Positions 13,351 through 23,499 of a stretch of 64,000 nt of DNA are shown here, in pieces. Source of the DNA: Malacoraja senta (Eukaryota); NCBI GenBank assembly GCA_038087875.1, contig JAXLNO010000270.1, forward strand, positions 186,001 through 250,000. The letters run 5' to 3'. Every line of letters begins with the position of its first letter. Position 1 is the stretch's first letter. A model generated the notes under the pieces. The model was given only the letters and a program-made list of their open reading frames with translations. It was not told where the DNA came from and ran no database searches. The position numbers and the translations under genes were made by a program.

Positions 13351-13758
13351 GGTCCGCAATAACCAACCTGAACTCCCGGTGGCTCAGCACTTCAACTCCC
13401 CCTCCCATTCCGTATCTGACCTCTCTGTCCTGGGTCTCCTCCATGGCCACAGCGAGCAACACCGTAAATTGGAGGAAATGCACCTCATATTCCGCTTGGG
13501 CAGTCTACATCCTGGTGGCCTGAACGTTGAATTCTCCCAATTCTGCTAGCCCTGGCTGTCCCCTCCCCTTCATCAGCCATCTGGTTGTCTCCTCCCCTCC
13601 CCCAGCCCTCGGGCTCCTCCTCCTCCTTTTCCTTTTTTCCTTTCTTCTCCCCACCCCCTATCAGTCTGAAGAAGGGTTTCGGCCCGAAACGTTACCTATT
13701 TCCTTCGCTCCATAGATGCTGCTGCACCCGCTGAGTTTCTCCAGCATTTTTGTGCACC
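13351..13758 (+). repeat. 5' pseudo-LTR of the Penelope element (duplicates ORF 3' end and 3' UTR)
   Basis: Matches 17269-17676. Both copies give the same 62-aa ORF in the track (13527-13715 and 17445-17633). Confidence 0.95.
13661..13700 (+). ncRNA. Candidate minimal type I hammerhead ribozyme in the 5' pLTR
   Basis: CUGAAGA (13666-13672), extra A, stem II GGGU-UUCG-GCCC, GAAA (13686-13689), then loopless palindromic ACGU and a GUU triplet. PLE-associated hammerheads are established. Helix I is weak here. Confidence 0.6.
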
Positions 13759-13828
13759 TTCGATTTTCCAGCATCTGCAGTTCCTTCTTTAGCACTTTGT
13801 CTACTCCACTGCGAAATCTCGTCAAGGT

Positions 13829-16800
13829 ATGCCTACTTTGAAGAAGTTCTCCTCCTCTCTCCGGAGACTGTTCCACACCCAACTCGCTAACTGCCCCATC
13901 TCTGTGATCCCTCCTGCCCTCCAACTCTACGACAACATCCTTACCCAAACTCGATACCACAGCCACATCTGCTTCCTCGGGGCATGCCTGCGCCTCCATC
14001 TCATACCTCATGGCTTCCAGCTCCAGTTCCCTACTTCCCAGTTCGGACCTCAGCCGGACTATCGGTACCGACTGGCTATCTACCGGCATACCCAACAATT
14101 CTCCACCCGGGCACTGAGATCCACACTGACTGCGATGCGCCGGCATCAGCAGGACCTCGCATTGACTCTCCCGGAACTTCGGGCCTCACTCACCCAGACC
14201 TGCAACGGACCACAACTGTACTTTATCCGCCGGAAGATCCACCTCTTCAATAAAAGATTCCTGGCCCACCTCAACTCCACCAAGGACCTTAAATTAGCCC
14301 GCCTCCAGGCCGCTCCCGCCGCCGACTCTCCGCGACTCGACCGCCCGCTGGCTCCGGGCCCCAACTCCGGCCCGCATCGCCTGCCCCGGTCCCGCGACGC
14401 CATCTTGTCCACGGGGAGCGACTCCAGTACTCACCAGGACGCCATCTTGTCCACGGGGAGCGCCTCCAGTACTCACCAGGAGGTCGCCTTCACCGACCTC
14501 CACGTCGATGCTGCCGCCGACCTTCACCTGCCTACCGATGACGCCCAGGCTCGCCGCTTCTACGGTAACTCGGACTTCCTTCCCCTCGCCGATTCCTCCG
14601 AACCTCGCCGCCCCCCGGGACCCCCCAGCATCGCCGCCGGACCGGGCCCATCCAGCATCGCCGCCGGACCGGGCCCACTCTACACGGCCGCCGGACCGGG
14701 GATCCACGAACTTGGCCGCCGCACCGCACCCTATTCACCCCGTCGCCTCACCGGACTGGTCGAACCGCGCTGCCCCACCGTCCATCCGCCTACCGGGACC
14801 TCCCACGCATCGCCCGTGGACCCCGACTCTACTGCCCACCTACCCCGACCATCGGGTCCGCCGACCCTCGCCACTGCAACGCCCTCCAGCCCCACCGACC
14901 CCGACTCCACTGCCCACGGACCCCGACCGTCGGGTCTGCTGACCCTCGCCACCGCACCTCCCTCCAGCAGCCCGCAGCCGTCGCCTTACCTGCAAACTGG
15001 ACTCTGTACTGGGCCTGAAGCCTCCACGCTGCTCACTCCCACTCTCCGGGGTTTGACTCCACTGGGTCCTAGCGCTAGTCTGCCTAGCCCTGGTTATCTC
15101 AGTGGCAGTTCCACTGATTCTTCCCCATCCCTCTCCAACTATGGGACCACTTCTCTTCCACACCCACACCACTGCCCTCCAACCCCCCCACCCCCTGACC
15201 ACCCACCACCCCCCCACCACACATCGCCTCGTCCCCATTACACCCACCTGCCTTCCTCCGGCCCCAACCCCCATCCCTGCCGGGTGTTCACCATCCCCCC
15301 CGACCTCCCCCTCTCCGACATCGAACGGTCTGTCCTCAGCAGAGGTCTTACCTTTGTCCCCCTCCGTCCCCATCTCAATGAGTTCCGTGCCCTCCATGAC
15401 TTGGAACGCTTCTACCGTCGCCTCCGCCTCACAGCTCACTTCCATGGGAAGCAGTCCTCGCTCCCCACTGATGACCCCTTTTCCCGTCTCCAACGCACCC
15501 CATCCTCATGGAACCCCCCTCGCAGCCTTCCGGCTTTAGAACTCTTTATTAAAAACTGCCGCCGGGACATCCACCGCCTCAACTTCTCCACTCCCCTGTC
15601 TCACTCCAATCTCTCCCCCCTTGAACGCACTGCCATCGACTCACTCCGCAACAACCTAGATTGGGTTATCAAACCCGCCGACAAGGGAGGTGCCGTGGTA
15701 GTCTGGCGCGTCCACCTCTACAAAGCTGAGGCCACGCGCCAACTCTCGGACACCTCTTCCTACTTACCCCTGGACCATGACCCCACTGACGAGCACCAGG
15801 CCACCATCTCCAGCACCATCACCAACTTCATCCATTCCCACGCCCTGCCCGAACGAGCCTCCAACCTCATCGTTCCCCAGCCCCGCACAGCCCGCTTTTA
15901 CCTTCTCCCCAAAATCCACAAACCTGACTGTCCCGATAGACCCATTGTCTCTGCCTGTTCTTGCCCCACCGAACTCATCTCCACCTACCTCGACTCCATC
16001 CTATCCCCCTTGGTTAAATCCCTCCCCACCTATGTTCAAGACACCTCAGACACTCTCCGTCATCTCCGCGCATTCCACTCTCTAGGCCCTCACCCCCTCA
16101 TCTTCACCATGGACGTCCAGTCACTGTACACCTCCATCCCCCACCAGGATGGTCTCAAAGCCCTCCGTTTGTTCCTCGACCGTAGAAGCAATCTATACCC
16201 GGCCACTGACACCCTCCTCCGCCTAGCGGAGCTGGTACTTACACTTAATAACTTTTCATTTGACTCCTCCCATTTCCTCCAAATACAAGGCGTAGCTATG
16301 GGCACACGCATGGGCCCCAGCTACGCCTGCCTCTTTGTCGGGTACGTAGAACAATCCCTGTTCAATGCGTACCAGGGCCCCATCCCCGACCTCTACCTCC
16401 GCTACATTGACGATTGTTTTGGTGCCACATCCTGCACCCACACACAACTGACTGACTTCATCCGCTTCACCACCAACTTCCATCCGGCACTCAAATACAC
16501 CTGGACCATTTCCGACACTTCCCTACCATTCCTTGACCTCACCATCTCCATCGCAGGTGATAGACTCCTTACCGACATCCACTACAAACCTACCGACTCC
16601 CATGGCTATCTGGACTACACTTCTTCCCACCCTGCTTCCTGTAAGGACTCCATCCCCCACTCCCAATTCCTCCGTCTACGCCGCATCTGCTCCCAGGATG
16701 AGGCGTTCCACACCAGGGCATCTGAAATGTCCTCATTCTTCAGGGAACGGGGGTTCCCCTCCTCCACCATAGATGAGGCTCGCACCAGGGTCTCTGCCAT

Positions 16801-17467
16801 ACCCCGCAACACTGCTCTCTCTCCCCATCCCCCCACTCACAACAAAGGCAGAGTCCCCCTAGTCCTCACCTTTCACCCCACCAGCCGTCACATACAACAA
16901 GTGATCCTCCGTCAGTTTCGCCACCTCCAACGTGACCCCACCACTCGCCACATCTTCCCATCTCCCCCTATGTCTGCCTTCCGCAAAGACCGCTCCCTCC
17001 GTAACTCCCTTGTCAATTCTTCCCTTCCCTCCCATACCACCCCCTCCCCTGGTACTTTCCCTTGCAACCGCAAGAGATGCAACACTTGTCCCTTCACTTC
17101 CCCCCTCCACTCCATTCCAGGACCCAAGCAGTCGTTCCAGGTGCGACAGAGGTTCACCTGCATCTCCTCCAACCTCATCTATTGCATTCGCTGCTCTAGA
17201 TGCCAGCTGATTTACATCGGTGAGACCAAGCGGAGGCTTGGCGATCGTTTCGCCGAACACCTCCGGTCGGTCCGCAATAACCAACCTGAACTCCCGGTGG
17301 CTCAGCACTTCAACTCCCCCTCCCATTCCGTATCTGACCTCTCTGTCCTGGGTCTCCTCCATGGCCACAGCGAGCAACACCGTAAATTGGAGGAAATGCA
17401 CCTCATATTCCGCTTGGGCAGTCTACATCCTGGTGGCCTGAACGTTGAATTCTCCCAATTCTGCTAG
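13829..17467 (+). CDS. Penelope-like retroelement protein, 1212 aa: N-terminal domain, Pro-rich insert, reverse transcriptase, Cys motif, GIY-YIG endonuclease
   Basis: Uninterrupted ORF. RT motifs KPADKG, LPKIHK, RPIVS, MDVQSLYT, QGVAMGT, LRYIDD, FLDL. CNRKRCNTC linker as in Neptune-group PLEs. GIY-YIG as LIYCIRC..CQLIYIGET..RFAEH. Confidence 0.95.
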   Translation: MPTLKKFSSSLRRLFHTQLANCPISVIPPALQLYDNILTQTRYHSHICFLGACLRLHLIPHGFQLQFPTSQFGPQPDYRYRLAIYRHTQQFSTRALRSTLTAMRRHQQDLALTLPELRASLTQTCNGPQLYFIRRKIHLFNKRFLAHLNSTKDLKLARLQAAPAADSPRLDRPLAPGPNSGPHRLPRSRDAILSTGSDSSTHQDAILSTGSASSTHQEVAFTDLHVDAAADLHLPTDDAQARRFYGNSDFLPLADSSEPRRPPGPPSIAAGPGPSSIAAGPGPLYTAAGPGIHELGRRTAPYSPRRLTGLVEPRCPTVHPPTGTSHASPVDPDSTAHLPRPSGPPTLATATPSSPTDPDSTAHGPRPSGLLTLATAPPSSSPQPSPYLQTGLCTGPEASTLLTPTLRGLTPLGPSASLPSPGYLSGSSTDSSPSLSNYGTTSLPHPHHCPPTPPPPDHPPPPHHTSPRPHYTHLPSSGPNPHPCRVFTIPPDLPLSDIERSVLSRGLTFVPLRPHLNEFRALHDLERFYRRLRLTAHFHGKQSSLPTDDPFSRLQRTPSSWNPPRSLPALELFIKNCRRDIHRLNFSTPLSHSNLSPLERTAIDSLRNNLDWVIKPADKGGAVVVWRVHLYKAEATRQLSDTSSYLPLDHDPTDEHQATISSTITNFIHSHALPERASNLIVPQPRTARFYLLPKIHKPDCPDRPIVSACSCPTELISTYLDSILSPLVKSLPTYVQDTSDTLRHLRAFHSLGPHPLIFTMDVQSLYTSIPHQDGLKALRLFLDRRSNLYPATDTLLRLAELVLTLNNFSFDSSHFLQIQGVAMGTRMGPSYACLFVGYVEQSLFNAYQGPIPDLYLRYIDDCFGATSCTHTQLTDFIRFTTNFHPALKYTWTISDTSLPFLDLTISIAGDRLLTDIHYKPTDSHGYLDYTSSHPASCKDSIPHSQFLRLRRICSQDEAFHTRASEMSSFFRERGFPSSTIDEARTRVSAIPRNTALSPHPPTHNKGRVPLVLTFHPTSRHIQQVILRQFRHLQRDPTTRHIFPSPPMSAFRKDRSLRNSLVNSSLPSHTTPSPGTFPCNRKRCNTCPFTSPLHSIPGPKQSFQVRQRFTCISSNLIYCIRCSRCQLIYIGETKRRLGDRFAEHLRSVRNNQPELPVAQHFNSPSHSVSDLSVLGLLHGHSEQHRKLEEMHLIFRLGSLHPGGLNVEFSQFC

Positions 17468-17676
17468 CCCTGGCTGTCCCCTCCCCTTCATCAGCCATCT
17501 GGTTGTCTCCTCCCCTCCCCCAGCCCTCGGGCTCCTCCTCCTCCTTTTCCTTTTTTCCTTTCTTCTCCCCACCCCCTATCAGTCTGAAGAAGGGTTTCGG
17601 CCCGAAACGTTACCTATTTCCTTCGCTCCATAGATGCTGCTGCACCCGCTGAGTTTCTCCAGCATTTTTGTGTACC
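17269..17676 (+). repeat. 3' pseudo-LTR of the Penelope element
   Basis: Matches 13351-13758 and is followed directly by the TSD. Confidence 0.95.
17579..17618 (+). ncRNA. Candidate minimal hammerhead ribozyme in the 3' pLTR
   Basis: Identical motif with CUGAAGA at 17584-17590. Confidence 0.6.
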
Positions 17677-17919
17677 ATCAGCAAACACCATTTGGACGTT
17701 TTTATTCAAAAGCCGGCTTCCAGGGTATCTGAGTAATCACGTCTTTAAACGTCATTGTCCTCTTTCTTGTCACTCAATGCTGAACACTACCGCGGTAGCT
17801 GCTTCACTTGAACAAAGCTGCAGAAAACAGTTGAATTTGGATGAACTAATTTCCCAAGAGGTCATTGGTTTCCTGCTATAATTCTCGGTTCCAGTCGTAA
17901 AATATAAAATGGTGCTTTT

Positions 17920-18135
17920 AGAAACATAGAAACATAGAAAATAGGTGCAGTAGGCCATTCAGCCCTTCGAGCCTGCACCGCCATTCAATATGATAATGGC
18001 TGATCATCCAACTCAGTATCCTGTACCTGCCTTCTCTCCATACCCCTTGATCCCTTTAGCCACAAGGGCCACATCTAACTCCCTCTTAAATATAGCCAAT
18101 GAACTGGCCTCAACTACATTCTGTGGCAGAGAGTT
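17920..18135 (-). mobile_element. CR1 3' end (~215 bp) with (ATAGAAAC)n tail, abutting an L1 3' end
   Basis: Near-identical to 8131-8350 and to the reverse complement of 52865-53070. Confidence 0.9.
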
Positions 18136-20426
18136 TCTTTCTTTATTTTAAAATCTTTTTATTTGTTTATTTCCAAAAACAAAAGCAAAACATAAAAAAC
18201 AGAGCAAAAAGAATAATGATAAACATAACAATGATATTGTTACACAGGGATCGGATTACATTAATAACAGGTATAACCTGATATGAGACCAGTGTCAAAA
18301 TACACATTGAATATAGACCTCCCGGTCTCTATGTAAATATAGTTAAATATTTAAAAGAGAACTTATAAATGTAGGAAAAAAAACACAAAGATGAAAAGAC
18401 AAAAAGAAAAGGAAAAAAGGAAAAAACAAAACCCCCCCTAAACTAAAGAAAAAAGAAAGGAAGAAAAAAAATTAAAAAAATTAAAATAAAATAAATAAAA
18501 ACAAAACAAAGCAAAACAGAATCTGAACTGAGAATTTCAACAATTTAAGTCTGTTTGTCGGCAAGACCGTTCCACCATATAAAGGTAAAATAGTTTTTAT
18601 AACGGTTAAAGAGGGAGCAATTTATGTTGTGTGAATGTGTTGAATAAATTTTCACCAAGTCTTATCAAATTTAAACAAGGGTTCAACAATGTCACCTGAT
18701 ATTTTCTAAATTTAAACATGATATCGTTTCAAAATACCACTGGAGTGTGGTCGGAGGGTTGGAGTCTTTCCTTTTAAATAAAATAGATCTTCTGGCGATT
18801 AATGTGGTAAAAGCAATCAACCGATGGGCGGAGCGGGACAAATGAATAAAATCTAACATTGGTAGCCCAAAATTTGCAGTAATAGGATGAGGTTGTAAAT
18901 CAATACCTAATACTACAGAAATAGTATCAAAAATGTCTGTCCGATATTTTTCCAAAAGTGGGCAAGACCAAAACATATGGGTCATTGAGGCCACTTCAGA
19001 GTTACATCTGTCACAGGTAGGATTTATATGACCATAAAAACGAGCCAACTTATCTTTTGACATGTGAACTCTGTGAACCACCTTGAATTGTATCAGAGCG
19101 TGTCTTGCACACATTGAAGAGGTATTGACTAATTGAAGAATCCTCTCCCATTTCTCTATATGTAGAGAAATTTGGAGTTCTCTTTCCCAGTCATTCTTAA
19201 ATTTATCAAATATATCTATTTGTAATTTCAAAATCAACTCATAAATAGTCGTTATTAATCCCTTCTGATAAGGGTTCAAATGTAAATTATTTCCCAGAAT
19301 TTCGGTTTGACGTGGTAGCGGAAAAAGGGATAGAGTAGCCTTCAAAAAATGTCTAATTTGTAAATATCTAAAAAAGTGTGAATTATGTAAATTATATTTA
19401 TTGGAGAGTTGTTCGAAAGACATAAAACAACCCTCCAAAAACAAATCACGAAAAGCTACTAATCCCTTCCTCTTCCATAACAAAAAGACTTGATCAGTAC
19501 TAGAAGGTTGGAAGAGAAAATTGGAAAAGATAGGACTCGATTAGATTAAATTATTTAATCCAAAAAAGTACGAAATTGAAACCATATTCGGAACGTATGT
19601 CTTATTATTGGGTTGGTCGTATATTTATTAAATCTCGTAATTGTAAAAGGTAACGAGGCCCCTAGAATAGAAGCCAATTATAGCCCTTGCAAGGAATCAC
19701 GTTCAAGGTTTATCCATCCTGGGCATTCTTTTGTCCAAAATGTTAGATAACGAACATTGACTGCCCAATAGTAGAATCTAAGTTTCGGCAATGCCAAACC
19801 ACCATCATTTTTTATATTTCTGTAAGTATTTTTTACTTAGTCTGGGATTTTTATTCTGCCATATGTATGAAGAAATTTTGGATTCTATAATATCAAAGAA
19901 AGATTTGGCAATAAATATTGGTATCGTCTGAAATAAATACAGAAATGTAGGTAAATTGAACATTTTAATAGCATTGATTCGGCCAATTAAGGATAAGGAC
20001 ATTGGTGACCATTTAGTAAACTGATGTTTAATATGGTCAATTAAAGGCATAACATTAACTTTAAATAAATCATTGTGCTTCTTGGTGATCTTAATACCTA
20101 AATAAGTAAAACTTTCTGTAGTCAATCTAAGTGGAAACTGTCCATAATTCGAAACAACATTATTTAATGGAAAAAGCTCACTCTTCCTAAGGTTTAGTTT
20201 ATAACCAGAAAGACCACTAAATTGATTAAGTAATGCTACTATTGCCGGAATAGATTTCTCAGGGTTTTAAATGAATAATAACAGATCATCTGCATAAAGA
20301 GATAGCTTATGTGTCTTATTCCCGCGGACAATACCAAAAATATTAGGGCATTCCCTAATAGCGGTGGCTAAAGGTTCCAAAGCAATATCAAATAGTAAAG
20401 GACTTAAGGGACTGCCCTGTCTAGTG
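18134..20426 (-). mobile_element. L1-clade LINE, 3' half (RT from TRQG motif, Cys-rich C-terminus, A-rich 3' UTR)
   Basis: Minus strand reads [44 protein letters not shown]-rich tail with AATAAA near 18135-18170. Confidence 0.9.
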
Positions 20427-23141
20427 TCATTCATTTATGCAAAATCTGAACTACTATTCTGGACTCGCTGAATGTCCCTATCCAGCTATCTAGCAAGTTA
20501 AACAATTAATCCAATAAAGACCCGTAGACACGAGATGTCGTTGATGCTTTACTGTATTCAACTGTGAAACTGTAACATACAAGCCGAAAGGGAAACAGCA
20601 TATTTAGTTACTTTATACACTTGGTATAGAAACATAAACTATGATGCCACCACCAAATACAGTGCTGTTATGTGAGAAACCAACCAGGGTACATTAAACA
20701 TTCTTAACTTTGTTAATAATAAAAATCCTGCTCAATAACGTTTATAACATATAAAGATGCTGTTAACAAACATAATTACTCACATTCATTGCGTCTAACA
20801 AACTGGTAGGGTAGGATGGGGATAGATTACACACTGAGAATTACACTGTCTAAACACCATGCGGTACTCTCTCTGAGCTGGACTTCCTGGTTTATGATAA
20901 CTTCCTATATAACAGGAAAGGTAACTCAAAGCTGTAGGAACCGGAATATCCAGCAGGTGGCATTAATACATGTAAACATAATGTGGTCCAGCACAACTAC
21001 AAAAATGTCTGAAATGTCGTCACTTCTGGCTCCGCCCTAGATTTTTCTTCTTCCAGTATCATGAACTATTACACTTTAAGAGATGAACACTTCACATACC
21101 ACATGATTTTTACAAGCAATATGGATAAAGTTATTAACTTCCTTTCATGGAATGTGAATGGCTTGAACCATCCCATTAAGAGGATTTTTAAAAGTTCTTC
21201 ACAGACTAAATGCTCAGATTATCTTTGTTCAGGAATCTCATGTAAGGCAAGATGACAATCTACGATTCTTCAAGTTTTGGAGAGGACAGCAGATTCATTC
21301 AAATTCGCAGATTAAGGTGAAAGGAGTCTCTATTTTTATTGACTCCTCAATTCCGTTTGTTCACTATGAAACAATTTCTGATCCATGTGGCAGATTTTTG
21401 GTGTTTACCGGTGTTCTTTATAAGCAGAAAGTTGCTATGGTGAATGTCTACGCACCAAATATTGATCACCTTGAGTTTTTTAAACAGTTAATTGCATCGT
21501 TCCCAAATTTCGTTTGAACTTAGCTTCAAATGACAACAAATAAATTGTATCATTGAATTGTATCATTCATTGTATCAAGTAACATTTTTTAATAATGGGT
21601 GAAGATTTCAACTGCTGTCTGAACCCTTTGATTGACAGGTCTACATCTAATCATGTGCTTCCAAATAAATCAGCTAATTTTATTAATTATTTTTTACTTG
21701 ACTCTGGAATGTTAGAAGTTTGGAGAGTCTTACACCCAAATGACAAATAATTTTCTTTTATCTCTCATGTATATCATAGTTATTCTAGGATTGATTATTT
21801 TATGATAGTCTCGCGGCTAGTTCCATCGGTCACTGCATGTGAGTATGATGCAAATGCTATTTCGTATCACGCACCATTGAAACTATCAATCAAACTACCT
21901 GATTCCAAGTTTATTGCTGAACAATGGCGATTTAATGCTACTTTGCTTCACTGCTTAAACTTTAATAATTTTATGAAAGATCAGATTACTTTTTACATCT
22001 TGACAAACTCTACTGAAGAAATGTCCAATGGTGTAGTCTGGGATGCTTTTAAGACATATATTCGTGGACAAATTATTTTGTACTCTGCGGGAATTTAAAA
22101 AAAAAACTCAAAAAGAAATACGTGCATTGGCTGACGAGATTAAAGAAATTGATAAAAAATATTCAAAAGCTCCTAGTTTAGAGCACTATAAGAATAGTTG
22201 AACTTCAATTGAGATATGATTTGTTATTAGCATCACCGATTGAGAAGCAGCTACTCAAAACCAAATGTCAGTTTTATATACATGGCGATAAAACTGGGAA
22301 ATTACTCGCTAATCAGTTGAAAGCGGTGTCGGCCAAGCGTCAGATTACCAAAGTGAGTAAACGGGATGGTACATTAATTGTAGACCATGACGACATTAAT
22401 TACTCCTTTCAGGAATTTTATACCTCCCTATACCAATCAGAATTTCCTACTGATTCCCATATAATGCATGAGTTTTTAAAGAAACTGAACTTACCAAATT
22501 TACCATATAATGAGTCCCTGTTGTTAGATGAACCCATCACGGAAGAAGAAATACAGAAAGCTATTATTTCAATCAATTTTGGTAAACCTCCCGGTTTAGA
22601 TGGGTTTACAGTAGAATTGTTTAAGTCTTTTACAAATTTATTGTCTCCCTGGCTATGCAAGGTATTTAAAGAAGCCTTTTTAAGGAATAGATTAACACAA
22701 TCTTTTTATGAAGCATCTATTTCTTTAATTCTTAAAAAAAATAAAGACCCTACTGAAGTGACATCATATAGACCTATATCAATGTTAAATGTAGATTTCA
22801 AAATTCTGTCCAAAATATTAGCTATGAGATTGGATAATATTTTACCGAAAATTATCTCTGAAGATCAGACAGGATTTATTATAAATCGTTACTCATACTT
22901 TAACGTTTGGAGTTTAATGAATATTGTATATACAGCGTCAAATAAACACCGCAGAATGTGTCATCTCACTCGATGCCGAGAAGGCGTTTGATAGAGTAGC
23001 ATGGGAATACTTATTCAATACACTTGAACAATTTAAGAATGGTCCAACATTTATTTCTTGGATCAAGCTGATATATCATATACCTCAGGCTTCTGTATTT
23101 ACTAATAATCAGAGATCCCCTTTTTTCAGGCTCTTTCGAGG
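20427..23141 (+). mobile_element. Inverted 5' part of the same L1 (inferred inter-ORF spacer plus ORF2 EN and N-terminal RT), decayed
   Basis: SWNVNG, VNVYAPN, YSRIDY, PGLDGF, YRPISMLNVD, QTGF, SLDAEKAFD. Ends at SPFFRLFRG, exactly where the minus-strand half resumes (TRQG). Confidence 0.88.
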
Positions 23142-23499
23142 TGCTTTTCACAGCTCCATTCATTGCAGTAGATTTGTACGACGTAGGTAAACTATCGTGA
23201 AACATTCACCTGCTTGTGACATATCGGACAACTTGACACCGTATTATTTATTGGAACCTGAAAGACGGAAGTAGGAATATACTTCTCAGTTTAGCGTTGA
23301 ATTCTAGAGCGAAACTAACCCTAACATTGGTGGTTGTAGTCAAAATCGCCAGCGGCCTACAGCGTTGGCTTCAGATCACAGCCTCCACTGGTTCTTCTCC
23401 CACTCCTGACAATGAGTCATTTTTAAATCAGAGTTGTCTTTTCTCAGTCCGTGAGTGTTCCAGCCTCTAGATAGAGCTTTAAGCAAAATAGTAACGGCG

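Larger units (their letters stand above)
13351..17676 (+). mobile_element. Full-length Penelope-like element (Neptune-type) with direct pseudo-LTRs and 13-bp TSD
   Basis: Direct repeats 13351-13758 and 17269-17676 (408 bp, one mismatch noticed). TSD ATCAGCAAACACC at 13338-13350 and 17677-17689. Intact ORF inside. Confidence 0.95.

Noticed and set aside
13661..17441. Antisense and alternate-frame ORFs overlapping the Penelope CDS
   Set aside because: Expected by-products of a C-rich coding strand, with no independent motifs.
21515..21585. Short (TTGTATCA)-repeat insert within L1 ORF2
   Set aside because: Looks like an extremely truncated LINE/SINE tail (AATAAA plus tandem repeat), which is ordinary.
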